A DNA stretch of 64,000 nt from Burkholderiales bacterium (GCA_038206915.1 JBBRAI010000007.1:12005-76004); one strand, 5' to 3'. Shown: positions 31,023 to 39,141, counted from the first letter of the stretch. Program-made: numbers and translations. Notes: generated by a model from the letters alone, not told the origin.

Positions 31023-32261
31023 ATGTCCGGCCCTCTGTCCCACATCCGCGTCCTCGATCTTTCGCGCGTGCTCGCCGGCCCCTGGGCCGGCCAGAATCTG
31101 GCCGACCTCGGCGCCGAGGTGATCAAGGTCGAGCGCCCCAAAATCGGCGACGACTCGCGCAGCTTCGGCCCGCCCTGGGTAAAGGACAGAGACGGCCGCG
31201 ACACCAAAGACTCGGCGTATTTCACTTCCGCCAACCGCGGCAAGAAATCGATCACTCTGAACATCTCCAGGCCCGAGGGCCAGAAACTAGTGCGCGAGCT
31301 CGCGCGTGTCTGCGACGTGCTGATCGAGAACTACAAGTTCGGCGACCTCGCGCGCTACGGCCTCGCCTACGAAGACCTCAAGCAGGTCAACCCGCGCCTG
31401 ATCTACTGTTCGGTCACCGGTTTCGGCCAGACCGGGCCCTATCGGGAGCATCCGGGTTACGATTTCATGATCCAGGGCATGGGCGGGATGATGAGCGTCA
31501 CCGGGGAGCCCGACGCTGACCCAAAGGAAGGAAAGACTGGCGGCGGTCCGCAGCGCGCCGGGGTCCCGGTCGCCGACATCATCACCGGGATGTACGCGTC
31601 CATCGCCATCTGCGCCGCGATCGCCCATCGCGCCGAAACCGGCGTCGGCCAGCAGCTCGATCTGGCGCTGCTCGATTCGCAGATTGCGCTGCTCGCCTAC
31701 CAGAACACCAATTACTTCGCCACCGGCAAGCCGCCCAAGCGCATCGGCAACCTGCATCCGAACATCGTGCCCTACCAACCGTTCAAGACCGCCGACGGCG
31801 ACGTGATTCTCGCCTGCGGCAACGACAATCTGTTCCGCAAATTCTGCGCCGCGGCCGGCTGCGCCGAGCTTGCCGAGGACGCGCGCTTCGCCGACAACGG
31901 CAAACGCGTGGCGAACCGCGCCGAACTCACGCGCCTGCTGCAGGCGCTGTTCGCCAAGCGCAGCACGCGCGATTGGGTGCAACTGCTCGAAGCGGCCGGC
32001 GTGCCCAACGGTCCGATCAATGACATCGCGCAGGTGTTCGAGGAACCGCAGGTGAAGGCGCGCGGGATCAAGGTCGAGCTCGACCATCCGGTCGCGGGCA
32101 AACTGCCGACGGTGGCGAGCCCGATGCGCTTCTCCGCCACGCCAGTGGAGTACGCGCTCGCCCCGCCGCTGCTCGGCGAGCACACCGAGGAAATACTGCG
32201 CGGACTGTTGCGGCTTGACGATGTCGCGATTGCCGTGCTGCGCGCCGACGGCACGATTTGA
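31023..32261 (+). CDS. Family III CoA-transferase (CaiB/BaiF family)
   Basis: 412 aa. IRVLDLSRVLAGPWAGQNLADLGAEVIKVE N-terminus and the catalytic Asp region (GYDFMIQGMGGMMS). Confidence 0.9.
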   Translation: MSGPLSHIRVLDLSRVLAGPWAGQNLADLGAEVIKVERPKIGDDSRSFGPPWVKDRDGRDTKDSAYFTSANRGKKSITLNISRPEGQKLVRELARVCDVLIENYKFGDLARYGLAYEDLKQVNPRLIYCSVTGFGQTGPYREHPGYDFMIQGMGGMMSVTGEPDADPKEGKTGGGPQRAGVPVADIITGMYASIAICAAIAHRAETGVGQQLDLALLDSQIALLAYQNTNYFATGKPPKRIGNLHPNIVPYQPFKTADGDVILACGNDNLFRKFCAAAGCAELAEDARFADNGKRVANRAELTRLLQALFAKRSTRDWVQLLEAAGVPNGPINDIAQVFEEPQVKARGIKVELDHPVAGKLPTVASPMRFSATPVEYALAPPLLGEHTEEILRGLLRLDDVAIAVLRADGTI

Positions 32262-32302
32262 CGCGGCGGCCGCCGCAGCCGCATTCGAGGCGGCGCGGGC
32301 CG

Positions 32303-33097
32303 CTACCACAGGCTGAACAGCATTTTCCCTGCGAGCGCGTACAGCAACAAGGCGAATACCTGCTTCAGGCGTTTGATCGGCAGGCGGTGCGCAGCGGCCG
32401 CGCCCAGCGGCGCGGTCAGCACGCTCGCGATCGCGATCCCGAATACTGCGGGCAGGTATACATAGCCGACGCTGTACGGCGGCAGGCCGCTTTGCCCCCA
32501 GCCCGCCATGATGAAGCCGACGCTGCCGGCAAGCGCGATCGGAAAGCCCACGATCGCCGACGTGCCGATCGCCTGCAGCATGGGCACGTTGCAGTAAAGT
32601 GCGTACGGGATGGTGAGGAATGCTCCGCCCAGGGCTGCGAGCGAAGATATGAAACTGATGCCCAGGCCCACCAGCGCCGAGCCCAGGGCGCCCGGCAGTT
32701 CGCGTGAAGGTTTGGGTTTGCGGTCAATCAGGATATTGCTCGCGGCGAAGAACACCACGACGGTGAACAGCGCCGCAAACAGCTTGGTCGAAATCCAGAC
32801 GGTAAGGTTGGAGCCCAGCAGACCGCCGACCAGGATGCCCGGCGTCAGCGCCAGCGCCAGGTCCCAGCGTACCGCGCCGCGCCGCGCATGCGCCCGCATG
32901 CTCGACACCGACGTGAACAGAATGCTGGCCATGCCGCTGCCCACGGCAAGATGCATGATCTGCGACTTGGGCAGACCCTGCGCCTCGAGCAGCATCACCA
33001 GCAGCGGCACCATGATGGCGCCGCCGCCGATGCCGAGCAGACCGGCAAAAAATCCCACCGCCGCGCCGATCGCGAGATAGCCCAGCCACCATTGCAT
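32303..33097 (-). CDS. TauE/SafE-family anion permease (second copy)
   Basis: 264 aa. GLLGIGGGAIMVPLL motif with 7-8 TM segments. Its start overlaps the HAD gene stop (TGATG). Confidence 0.8.
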   Translation of the reverse strand: MQWWLGYLAIGAAVGFFAGLLGIGGGAIMVPLLVMLLEAQGLPKSQIMHLAVGSGMASILFTSVSSMRAHARRGAVRWDLALALTPGILVGGLLGSNLTVWISTKLFAALFTVVVFFAASNILIDRKPKPSRELPGALGSALVGLGISFISSLAALGGAFLTIPYALYCNVPMLQAIGTSAIVGFPIALAGSVGFIMAGWGQSGLPPYSVGYVYLPAVFGIAIASVLTAPLGAAAAHRLPIKRLKQVFALLLYALAGKMLFSLW

Positions 33098-33885
33098 CAG
33101 ATTCGCGCCCCGCGTTCGCCGACCAGCAGTTGTGCGAGTTCGACAAAGCCGTCGCCGCTGCGCCCGCGCGTGACGTACGCCGGCGCGTCGCCGGGGGGTG
33201 CGCCGAAATCGGCCACGTTGGCCACGCCGACCGAATTGGAAAAGAACCTGAACATCGGCGTGTCGTTGGGCGAATCTCCGACGAAAAGATATTGCGCCTC
33301 GTCACGCGCGAGGTCCACGCCATAGCGCTCCTGCATCAGGATGCGCGTCATGCCGAGCTTGTCGTAGTCGCCGAACCAGCCGTTGACATGAATCGAACTG
33401 ATCTTTGCCGTCATGCCGGCCGCCTGCATCAGGGCGACAACGCGATCCACCTCGGCGAACGGCAATCGCGGCACGTCCTCGCAGAAGTCGATGGCGAGAT
33501 CGGCTTCGCGGTAGCCCTGGTCGGAGGCGAGCGCGCAGCCGGGCACTTCGCGCAGGATGCGCTCGCGCACGGCGAGCATTTTTTCGCGGTTGGCAGTGCG
33601 CGTCGGCGCATCGAACAGGAAACGCCGCACCAATTTGCACTGCAGGTCGTCATAGTAGAAATAGAACGCGCCGTTCTCGCCCACTACCGCTTCCACCGGC
33701 CACAGGCGCGCGATGTGGTCGCACCAGCCGGCCGGCCGGCCGGTAATCGGGATCACCAGCTTCCCCGCAGCATGCAAGCACTCCAGCGCGCCATACGCGG
33801 CCGCCGTAAGCTTGCCTTCGCTGGTGAGCGTGTCGTCGATGTCGCAGAACACGCCGCGTATAGCGTCCAGCGCGGCCGCCGGCAT
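33097..33885 (-). CDS. HAD-superfamily hydrolase (IIB-type phosphatase-like)
   Basis: Starts MPAAALDAIRGVFCDIDDTLT (the DxDxT nucleophile motif), with ITGRP and a C-terminal GDSPND motif. Confidence 0.8.
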   Translation of the reverse strand: MPAAALDAIRGVFCDIDDTLTSEGKLTAAAYGALECLHAAGKLVIPITGRPAGWCDHIARLWPVEAVVGENGAFYFYYDDLQCKLVRRFLFDAPTRTANREKMLAVRERILREVPGCALASDQGYREADLAIDFCEDVPRLPFAEVDRVVALMQAAGMTAKISSIHVNGWFGDYDKLGMTRILMQERYGVDLARDEAQYLFVGDSPNDTPMFRFFSNSVGVANVADFGAPPGDAPAYVTRGRSGDGFVELAQLLVGERGARI

Positions 33886-33899
33886 CGCCGCAAGCGGCT

Positions 33900-35384
33900 T
33901 CACCGCGCGCCCGACATGCGCTCTGCAACGCGCAGGCGCTGCGCCTCGCTCATATGCAGGCCGCACTTGGTGCGCCGCCACAACACGTCGTCGGCCGAGC
34001 GCGCCCATTCCTGCTCCATCAGGTGCACCAGCTCGCGCTCGTACAGCCCGCCGCCGAAATCCTCGCCCAGATCCGCCGCGGATTTCGCGCCGTCGATAAT
34101 TTTCGCGCTCAGCGTGCCGTGGCGGCGCAGCAGGCGCGCCATCCAGTGCGGATCCAGCGCCGGGTAACGCGCGCGGAAATCGCCGAGCACCTCGGCATAC
34201 CCGCGCCCGCCGAAATCGCCGCCGGGCAGCGCCTCGGCATGCGTCCAGGGCTTGCGCGCCGGCACCCAGCGTCCGAGCTTTTCCATCACGTGCTCGGCGA
34301 GCTTGCGGTAGGTGGTGATCTTGCCGCCGAAAATCGACAACAGCGGCGGACCCTGCTCATCGAGCAGCAATACGTAGTCGCGGGTGATCGCGGAGGGATC
34401 CACCTTGCCATCGTCGTACAGCGGTCGCACCCCGCTGTAGCTCCACACCACCTGGTCGGTGCTGACTGGACGCGCGCTGTAGCGGCTTGCCGCCGCGCAC
34501 AGGTAGGCGATCTCGTCGGCCGCAATCGCGGGTGGAAGGTCTTTTTCGGCAACTTGCACGTCGGTAGTGCCGATCAGCGTGAACTCACGCTCGTAGGGAA
34601 CCATGAAGATGACGCGCCGGTCCGGGTTCTGCAGGATGTAGGCATAGCGCTTGTCGTGGATGCGCGGCACCACGATGTGGCTGCCCTTTACCAGACGCAC
34701 GCGCCCCGGGGATTCGATGCGCAACTCATTGTCGAGCACGCTTTTCACCCAGGGACCGGCGGCGTTCACCAGGATGCGGGCGCGTACTTCGCGCACTTCG
34801 CCGCTCGCCTCATCGCGCAAGATCACGCGCCAGGCGTCGCCGTCGCGCTTCGCGCCGGTGCAGCGCGTGCGCGCGCGCACCGTGGCGCCATGCGCGCGGG
34901 CGGAAGACAGGGTCAGCACCACCAGGCGCGCGTCGTCCACCCATGCATCGCTATAAGCGAAACCGCGCGTGAATTCCGGCTTCAGGCCGGCGCCGTGTCC
35001 ATCCGGGGAAAGCCGCACGCCGTGCGAACGGGGCAGGCTGCTGCGGCCGCCGATGTGGTCGTAAAGAAACAATCCCGCGCGGATCATCCATGCCGGCCTT
35101 AGGTGCTTCTCGTGCGGCAGTACGAACTCCAGCGGCCATATGATGTGCGGTGCGATGCGCAGCATTACTTCGCGCTCGGCCAGCGACTCCGCCACCAGAC
35201 GGAACTCGTAGTACTCAAGATAGCGCAGCCCGCCATGGATCAGCTTGGTGCTGGCCGACGAGGTCGCCGAGGCAAAATCGTTCTGCTCGACCAGCAGCAC
35301 CTTGAGGCCGCGGCCGGCGGCGTCGCGCGCGACGCCCGCGCCGTTGATGCCGCCGCCGATTACGGCTATGTCGTAAAGTTCCAT
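33900..35384 (-). CDS. glpD: FAD-dependent glycerol-3-phosphate dehydrogenase
   Basis: 494 aa starting [26 protein letters not shown]. GlpD-typical [13 protein letters not shown] and a C-terminal alpha-helical domain. Confidence 0.88.
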   Translation of the reverse strand: MELYDIAVIGGGINGAGVARDAAGRGLKVLLVEQNDFASATSSASTKLIHGGLRYLEYYEFRLVAESLAEREVMLRIAPHIIWPLEFVLPHEKHLRPAWMIRAGLFLYDHIGGRSSLPRSHGVRLSPDGHGAGLKPEFTRGFAYSDAWVDDARLVVLTLSSARAHGATVRARTRCTGAKRDGDAWRVILRDEASGEVREVRARILVNAAGPWVKSVLDNELRIESPGRVRLVKGSHIVVPRIHDKRYAYILQNPDRRVIFMVPYEREFTLIGTTDVQVAEKDLPPAIAADEIAYLCAAASRYSARPVSTDQVVWSYSGVRPLYDDGKVDPSAITRDYVLLLDEQGPPLLSIFGGKITTYRKLAEHVMEKLGRWVPARKPWTHAEALPGGDFGGRGYAEVLGDFRARYPALDPHWMARLLRRHGTLSAKIIDGAKSAADLGEDFGGGLYERELVHLMEQEWARSADDVLWRRTKCGLHMSEAQRLRVAERMSGAR

Positions 35385-35524
35385 TGAGCAGGGTAGGCGC
35401 CGCGGGTCCGGCTGAAATGCAGGGCAGGGGCTCGAATTATAGCAGCGCGCCGGCGGCGAATTCGCGCAGACGCGCGCCCCGCCAGCCACTACAATGGCGT
35501 CTTATTTTTCAGATCGAGGCTGCC

Positions 35525-35869
35525 ATGTCGACCAGCAAGACTCCCAGCGGTTTGAGCATAGAGGACGTGGTCATCGGCGAGGGCGCGGCCGCGGCCGCCG
35601 GCCACAGCGTTACGGTGCACTACACCGGTTGGCTTACAAACGGCAGCAAGTTCGACTCGAGCAAGGACCGAAACGATCCTTTCGTGTTCCATCTGGGGGC
35701 CGGACAGGTGATACGCGGCTGGGACGAGGGCGTACAAGGCATGCTGGTCGGAGGCAAGCGCAAGCTGACCATTCCGCCCGAACTCGGCTACGGCGCACGC
35801 GGCGCAGGCGGCGCGATTCCGCCGAACGCAACCCTGGTGTTCGAGGTCGAACTGCTCGCTGTCGGCTGA
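35525..35869 (+). CDS. FKBP-type peptidyl-prolyl cis-trans isomerase
   Basis: 114 aa. VHYTGWL.NG.KFDSS...F.LG.GQVI.GWDEG..GM..GG.R.L.IP..LGYG is the FKBP core. Confidence 0.92.
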   Translation: MSTSKTPSGLSIEDVVIGEGAAAAAGHSVTVHYTGWLTNGSKFDSSKDRNDPFVFHLGAGQVIRGWDEGVQGMLVGGKRKLTIPPELGYGARGAGGAIPPNATLVFEVELLAVG

Positions 35870-35936
35870 GGCCAGGCGCGACGGCAGGTCGACGCATTGC
35901 TACGCAGCCGGATCCGGCAACGCGCCGGCATAGAGA

Positions 35937-36230
35937 TTAGGCATCCTTCGCGTGCGGCTTCGGTGCGTTCATCAGCGAGGGCGTGACGCGCGAACGCGCC
36001 AGATACTCGCGCAGTATCTTGATTGCCGAGCGGTCCAGCGTAGTTCCATGGTGCGGGCGGTGCAGCACATCCTCGTGGCCGTTGAGTTTGACGCGCAGGC
36101 GCGCGCCCGAAAGCGATTCGACTTCAGCACCCAGATGATGCAGCAGCGACTCGATCTCGCGCCAGTGGATATTGCCCGTGATCGGATCGCGGAATATCGC
36201 CTCGATCAGGTGCTCGTGCTTGTGGCTCAT
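35937..36230 (-). CDS. Hypothetical protein with HicA/YcfA-like pattern (orphan)
   Basis: 97 aa (MSHKHEHLIEAIF...). The segment LGAEVESLSGARLRVKLNGHEDVLHRPHHGTTLDRSAIKILREYL resembles the HicA beta-sheet/helix core by eye. No HicB partner is present. Confidence 0.45.
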   Translation of the reverse strand: MSHKHEHLIEAIFRDPITGNIHWREIESLLHHLGAEVESLSGARLRVKLNGHEDVLHRPHHGTTLDRSAIKILREYLARSRVTPSLMNAPKPHAKDA

Positions 36231-36513
36231 GGCGGGCGCCTCCGTACCGGAGTGGGTCTGCGCCCATGATAGCCAAGCCGGCCAGCACTGCAAGCGTCCC
36301 GGCGGTCAGGGTCAGGGGCAGGGCCAGCGTCGAGAGGAGCAGAAGCATCAACAGGCGCTGCACAGGCCTGCTCCATATCCGATGATTCTTGTCGCGCGCG
36401 GCCACGATGCGCGCTCCTGCGGGAATTCACGGACCCGGGCGGGAATCATCGCAGGCAGCACCCGATATTGGCCGCTGCCCGCGGCGATTCGCACCCTTGT
36501 GAACGCAAGCTGC

Positions 36514-36747
36514 CTATTTTTTCATTTCGTCCTTGGCCATGGAATCCTTCTTCATGGCGTCCTTCTTCATGCCGTCGTTTTTCATGCTGTCTTTTTTCAT
36601 CGTGTCTTTCTTCATGCTGTCTTTTTTCATCTCCTCTTTGGCCATGTTGTCTTTGGCCATCGCATCTTTCTTCATGTCGTCAGCGAGCGCGTTGCCGCCG
36701 GCAAGCAGCAGGCTGATGGAAAGCAGGGTTGCAGTGGTCTTGATCAT
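36514..36747 (-). CDS. Secreted methionine-rich pentapeptide-repeat (MXKDX) protein, MrpX-like
   Basis: 77 aa. Signal peptide MIKTTATLLSISLLLAGGNALA, then 11 consecutive M-x-K-(D/E)-x pentapeptides (11 Met in 55 mature residues). Confidence 0.85.
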   Translation of the reverse strand: MIKTTATLLSISLLLAGGNALADDMKKDAMAKDNMAKEEMKKDSMKKDTMKKDSMKNDGMKKDAMKKDSMAKDEMKK

Positions 36748-36815
36748 GGTGATCTCCTCGTTTAGTGGTTGGATGGGTGGACGGCGGTAAAGCCGGTGTA
36801 TCAGGGCAGCCGAGC

Positions 36816-37595
36816 TCAGCTGCCGCCGAACCAGTTGTACCCCTGGTCTTCCCAGTAGCCCCCGGGGTAGGTGTTGGTGACGAAGATCGCCTGGATGTGC
36901 TTCGGATTCTTGTAGCCGAGCTTGGTCGGCATGCGCAGCTTCATCGGAAAGCCATACTTGGGCGGCAGCTGCGCGCCGTCGTAGGTGAGCGTCAGCAGCG
37001 TCTGCGGGTGCAGCGCGGTGGGCATGTCGATGCTGGTGTAGTAATCGTCGGCGCACTTGAAGCCGATGTACCTCGCGCTGGTGTCGGCGCCGACGCGGGC
37101 GAGGAAGTCCGAAAAACGCACGCCGCCCCATTTGCCGATCGCGCTCCAGCCTTCGACGCAGATGTGGCGCGTTACCTGGTCGGTCTGCGGCAGCGCGTTG
37201 AGTTCGGGCAGCGTCCACATGCGTTTGTCGGCGACCATGCCGCCGACTTCCAGACGGTAGCCCGCCGCATCCACCTCGCGGATCTCGTCCTCGCCGTAGT
37301 AGGCGTTGAATGGAAACGGCCGTGTGATCATCGATTCTGGATAGGTCGGCGCGAGCTGATTCGGATCGAACAGCCAGCCCTGCACCCGGTCGTTGAAGCG
37401 CGACACTGTTGTCAGCGCCTGATCGACGCCGTCCTCGTCGGAGATCGCGCAGCCGGTCAGCAGCGACAGGCCGCCGAGCGTGAGTGAACGGCGCAGAAAC
37501 AGGCGTCGCGCGGGCTGCTCGAGGCGGCGCAGCGCCTCCTTCACCACGGCATCGCCGTCCAGCGTCAGTCGTTTGGAAGACTTGAGTATTTTCAT
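36816..37595 (-). CDS. Molybdopterin-dependent oxidoreductase of the YedY/MsrP (sulfite-oxidase fold) family, Tat-exported lipoprotein
   Basis: 259 aa. Twin-arginine leader ARRLFLRRSLTLGGLSLLTGC with lipobox, Mo-ligand Cys context HICVEGWS, and GFPMKLRMPTKLGYKNPKHI. Confidence 0.8.
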   Translation of the reverse strand: MKILKSSKRLTLDGDAVVKEALRRLEQPARRLFLRRSLTLGGLSLLTGCAISDEDGVDQALTTVSRFNDRVQGWLFDPNQLAPTYPESMITRPFPFNAYYGEDEIREVDAAGYRLEVGGMVADKRMWTLPELNALPQTDQVTRHICVEGWSAIGKWGGVRFSDFLARVGADTSARYIGFKCADDYYTSIDMPTALHPQTLLTLTYDGAQLPPKYGFPMKLRMPTKLGYKNPKHIQAIFVTNTYPGGYWEDQGYNWFGGS

Positions 37596-37604
37596 GTTGG
37601 CTCC

Positions 37605-38201
37605 TCAGCGGCCGCGGATCATGGCGAGCAATGTGCGTGGTACCAGCGCCACCATCGCCAGGTGCACCGCGACAAACGCGACCATCGCTGCCATGGCGAA
37701 GAAATGCACGCGGCGTGCGTTTTCGTAGCCGCCCAGCAATTCGCGCAGCAGCGGAAACTGCACTGACTTCCACAGCACCAGGCCCGACAGCACTAGCAGG
37801 ACCGCGTCGACAATCACGAACAGGTAGGCGGCGCGCTGCACCGCGTTGTAATGGCTCAGGTCGTCGTGCGCCAGCTTGCCGCGCAGCGCGTCCACTAGAT
37901 CGGCAATGATCGCGCGCGGCGACAGCGGGAAGAACTTTCGCACGATACGTCCGGTCGCGGCATTGCACAACAGATACACCAGGCCGTTCGCGGCGAGCAG
38001 CCACATCGCGGCAAAATGCCACTGGATTGCGCCGCCGAGCCAGCCGCCGAGCGTAATGTCCTTGGCGAACTTGAAATCGTACAGGGGAGAGGCGTTGTAG
38101 ATGCGCCAGCCGCTCGTGACCATGATCACAACCGCGAGCGCGTTTAGCCAGTGCGTCGCGCGCAGCCAGGCCGGGTGGACTATGCGGTCAGTCTGGTTCA
38201 T
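37605..38201 (-). CDS. Membrane b-type cytochrome (cytochrome b561 / Ni-Fe-hydrogenase b-subunit-like)
   Basis: 198 aa, 4-5 TM segments. Conserved His in TM helices (RATHWLNAL, QWHFAAMW, RRVHFFAM, VAVHLAM). 9-nt gap to the Mo-enzyme gene. Confidence 0.75.
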   Translation of the reverse strand: MNQTDRIVHPAWLRATHWLNALAVVIMVTSGWRIYNASPLYDFKFAKDITLGGWLGGAIQWHFAAMWLLAANGLVYLLCNAATGRIVRKFFPLSPRAIIADLVDALRGKLAHDDLSHYNAVQRAAYLFVIVDAVLLVLSGLVLWKSVQFPLLRELLGGYENARRVHFFAMAAMVAFVAVHLAMVALVPRTLLAMIRGR

Positions 38202-38220
38202 GTCTTCGCTCCGCCCGAAT

Positions 38221-39003
38221 TCAGGACGCTGCGCATTGGCGCGCGCTCAGAGCCTGCAGCACCCCGCCGCTGCGTTCGTCCTGCACGAACGCGACCAGTT
38301 CCAGCCGCGCGCGGTTCCAGTCCGCGGGCAGGGCGATCTCACGCTGCACCTTCGCCGCGCCCGCGACGAGGCGCACAGGTCCGATCCACGCACGCACCAC
38401 GTGATCGTGCTTGAGGGTGGAGCCGCTGTTCTCGCCGCGCGTCACGCTCGACGCGAGGCCGCTCTCGGCAAGCGCCAGATACAGCGCCGCCGGGCCGGCC
38501 GCGGCAAGTGTTTTGGCTTCGGCATCGAGTGTAAGCGAGCCATCGGCTGCGACCGCGGCGCGCACATGGATGGCAGCCGCGGCAGGCGCAGCGTTCAGTT
38601 GCCGAACCTTGTCCGCCAGCGCGCCGCGCCAGGAGCGCAGCTCCGCGCCGCCAACGAAGAACTGGGGCGTATAGACGGTGTCGTGCCGGTTGGTGTGTAC
38701 CAGCCAGCTCTGGCGCTGCTCGAACGCGCTTTGCGCATACGGGTCCTTCCAGCCGATGTAGTCCCAATAGCCGACGTGCAGGGCGAGCGGCACCACAGTG
38801 GCGGTTGGGTCCAGCACCTGGTGCAGGCGGCTGAGCTGCTGATCCGCCGGCGGGCAGCTGGAGCAGCCTTCCGAAGTATAGAGTTCTACCAGCGCCGCGG
38901 TCTTCGGACCGCTTTGCGCTTCACAGGCGGCGAAGCCCGTAAGCGGCAGGGTCGCCGCAAGCGTTGCAACCACCGTACGATGGGCGATACGACGCAGATT
39001 CAT
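38221..39003 (-). CDS. DUF1223-family secreted thioredoxin-like protein (CxxC)
   Basis: 260 aa starting MNLRRIAHRTVVATLAATLPLTGFAA (signal peptide). VELYTSEGCSSCPPAD and HVGYWDYIGWKDPY are the DUF1223 hallmarks as I recall them. Confidence 0.8.
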   Translation of the reverse strand: MNLRRIAHRTVVATLAATLPLTGFAACEAQSGPKTAALVELYTSEGCSSCPPADQQLSRLHQVLDPTATVVPLALHVGYWDYIGWKDPYAQSAFEQRQSWLVHTNRHDTVYTPQFFVGGAELRSWRGALADKVRQLNAAPAAAAIHVRAAVAADGSLTLDAEAKTLAAAGPAALYLALAESGLASSVTRGENSGSTLKHDHVVRAWIGPVRLVAGAAKVQREIALPADWNRARLELVAFVQDERSGGVLQALSARQCAAS

Positions 39004-39060
39004 GGGCAATTCGCCTCCTTTGGCAGTGAAAATCCAGCGCGCTTGTGCTCTCAGGGCTAG

Positions 39061-39087
39061 TTCGCCGGCCGCCGACGAACGGTTACA
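39061..39087 (-). promoter_or_regulatory. ECF-type promoter TGTAACC-N16-CGAA upstream of the DUF1223 operon
   Basis: Minus strand reads tgtaacc gttcgtcggcggccgg cgaa ctagcc. It lies 58 nt upstream of the DUF1223 ATG and has the same motif and spacing as the two sites at 40377-40489. Confidence 0.65.
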
Positions 39088-39141
39088 CGGCGGAGCGAAT
39101 CGCAGCCGATTCCACGCAGCGCGATTACGCCCGCGCACGGA

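Noticed and set aside
36514-38022. 502-aa minus-strand ORF spanning the MXKDX peptide, Mo-enzyme and cytochrome region
   Set aside because: Only its last 77 codons (from ATG 36747) form a sensible secreted peptide. The upstream part is out of frame with the well-supported Mo-oxidoreductase and cytochrome b genes and is Arg-rich nonsense.
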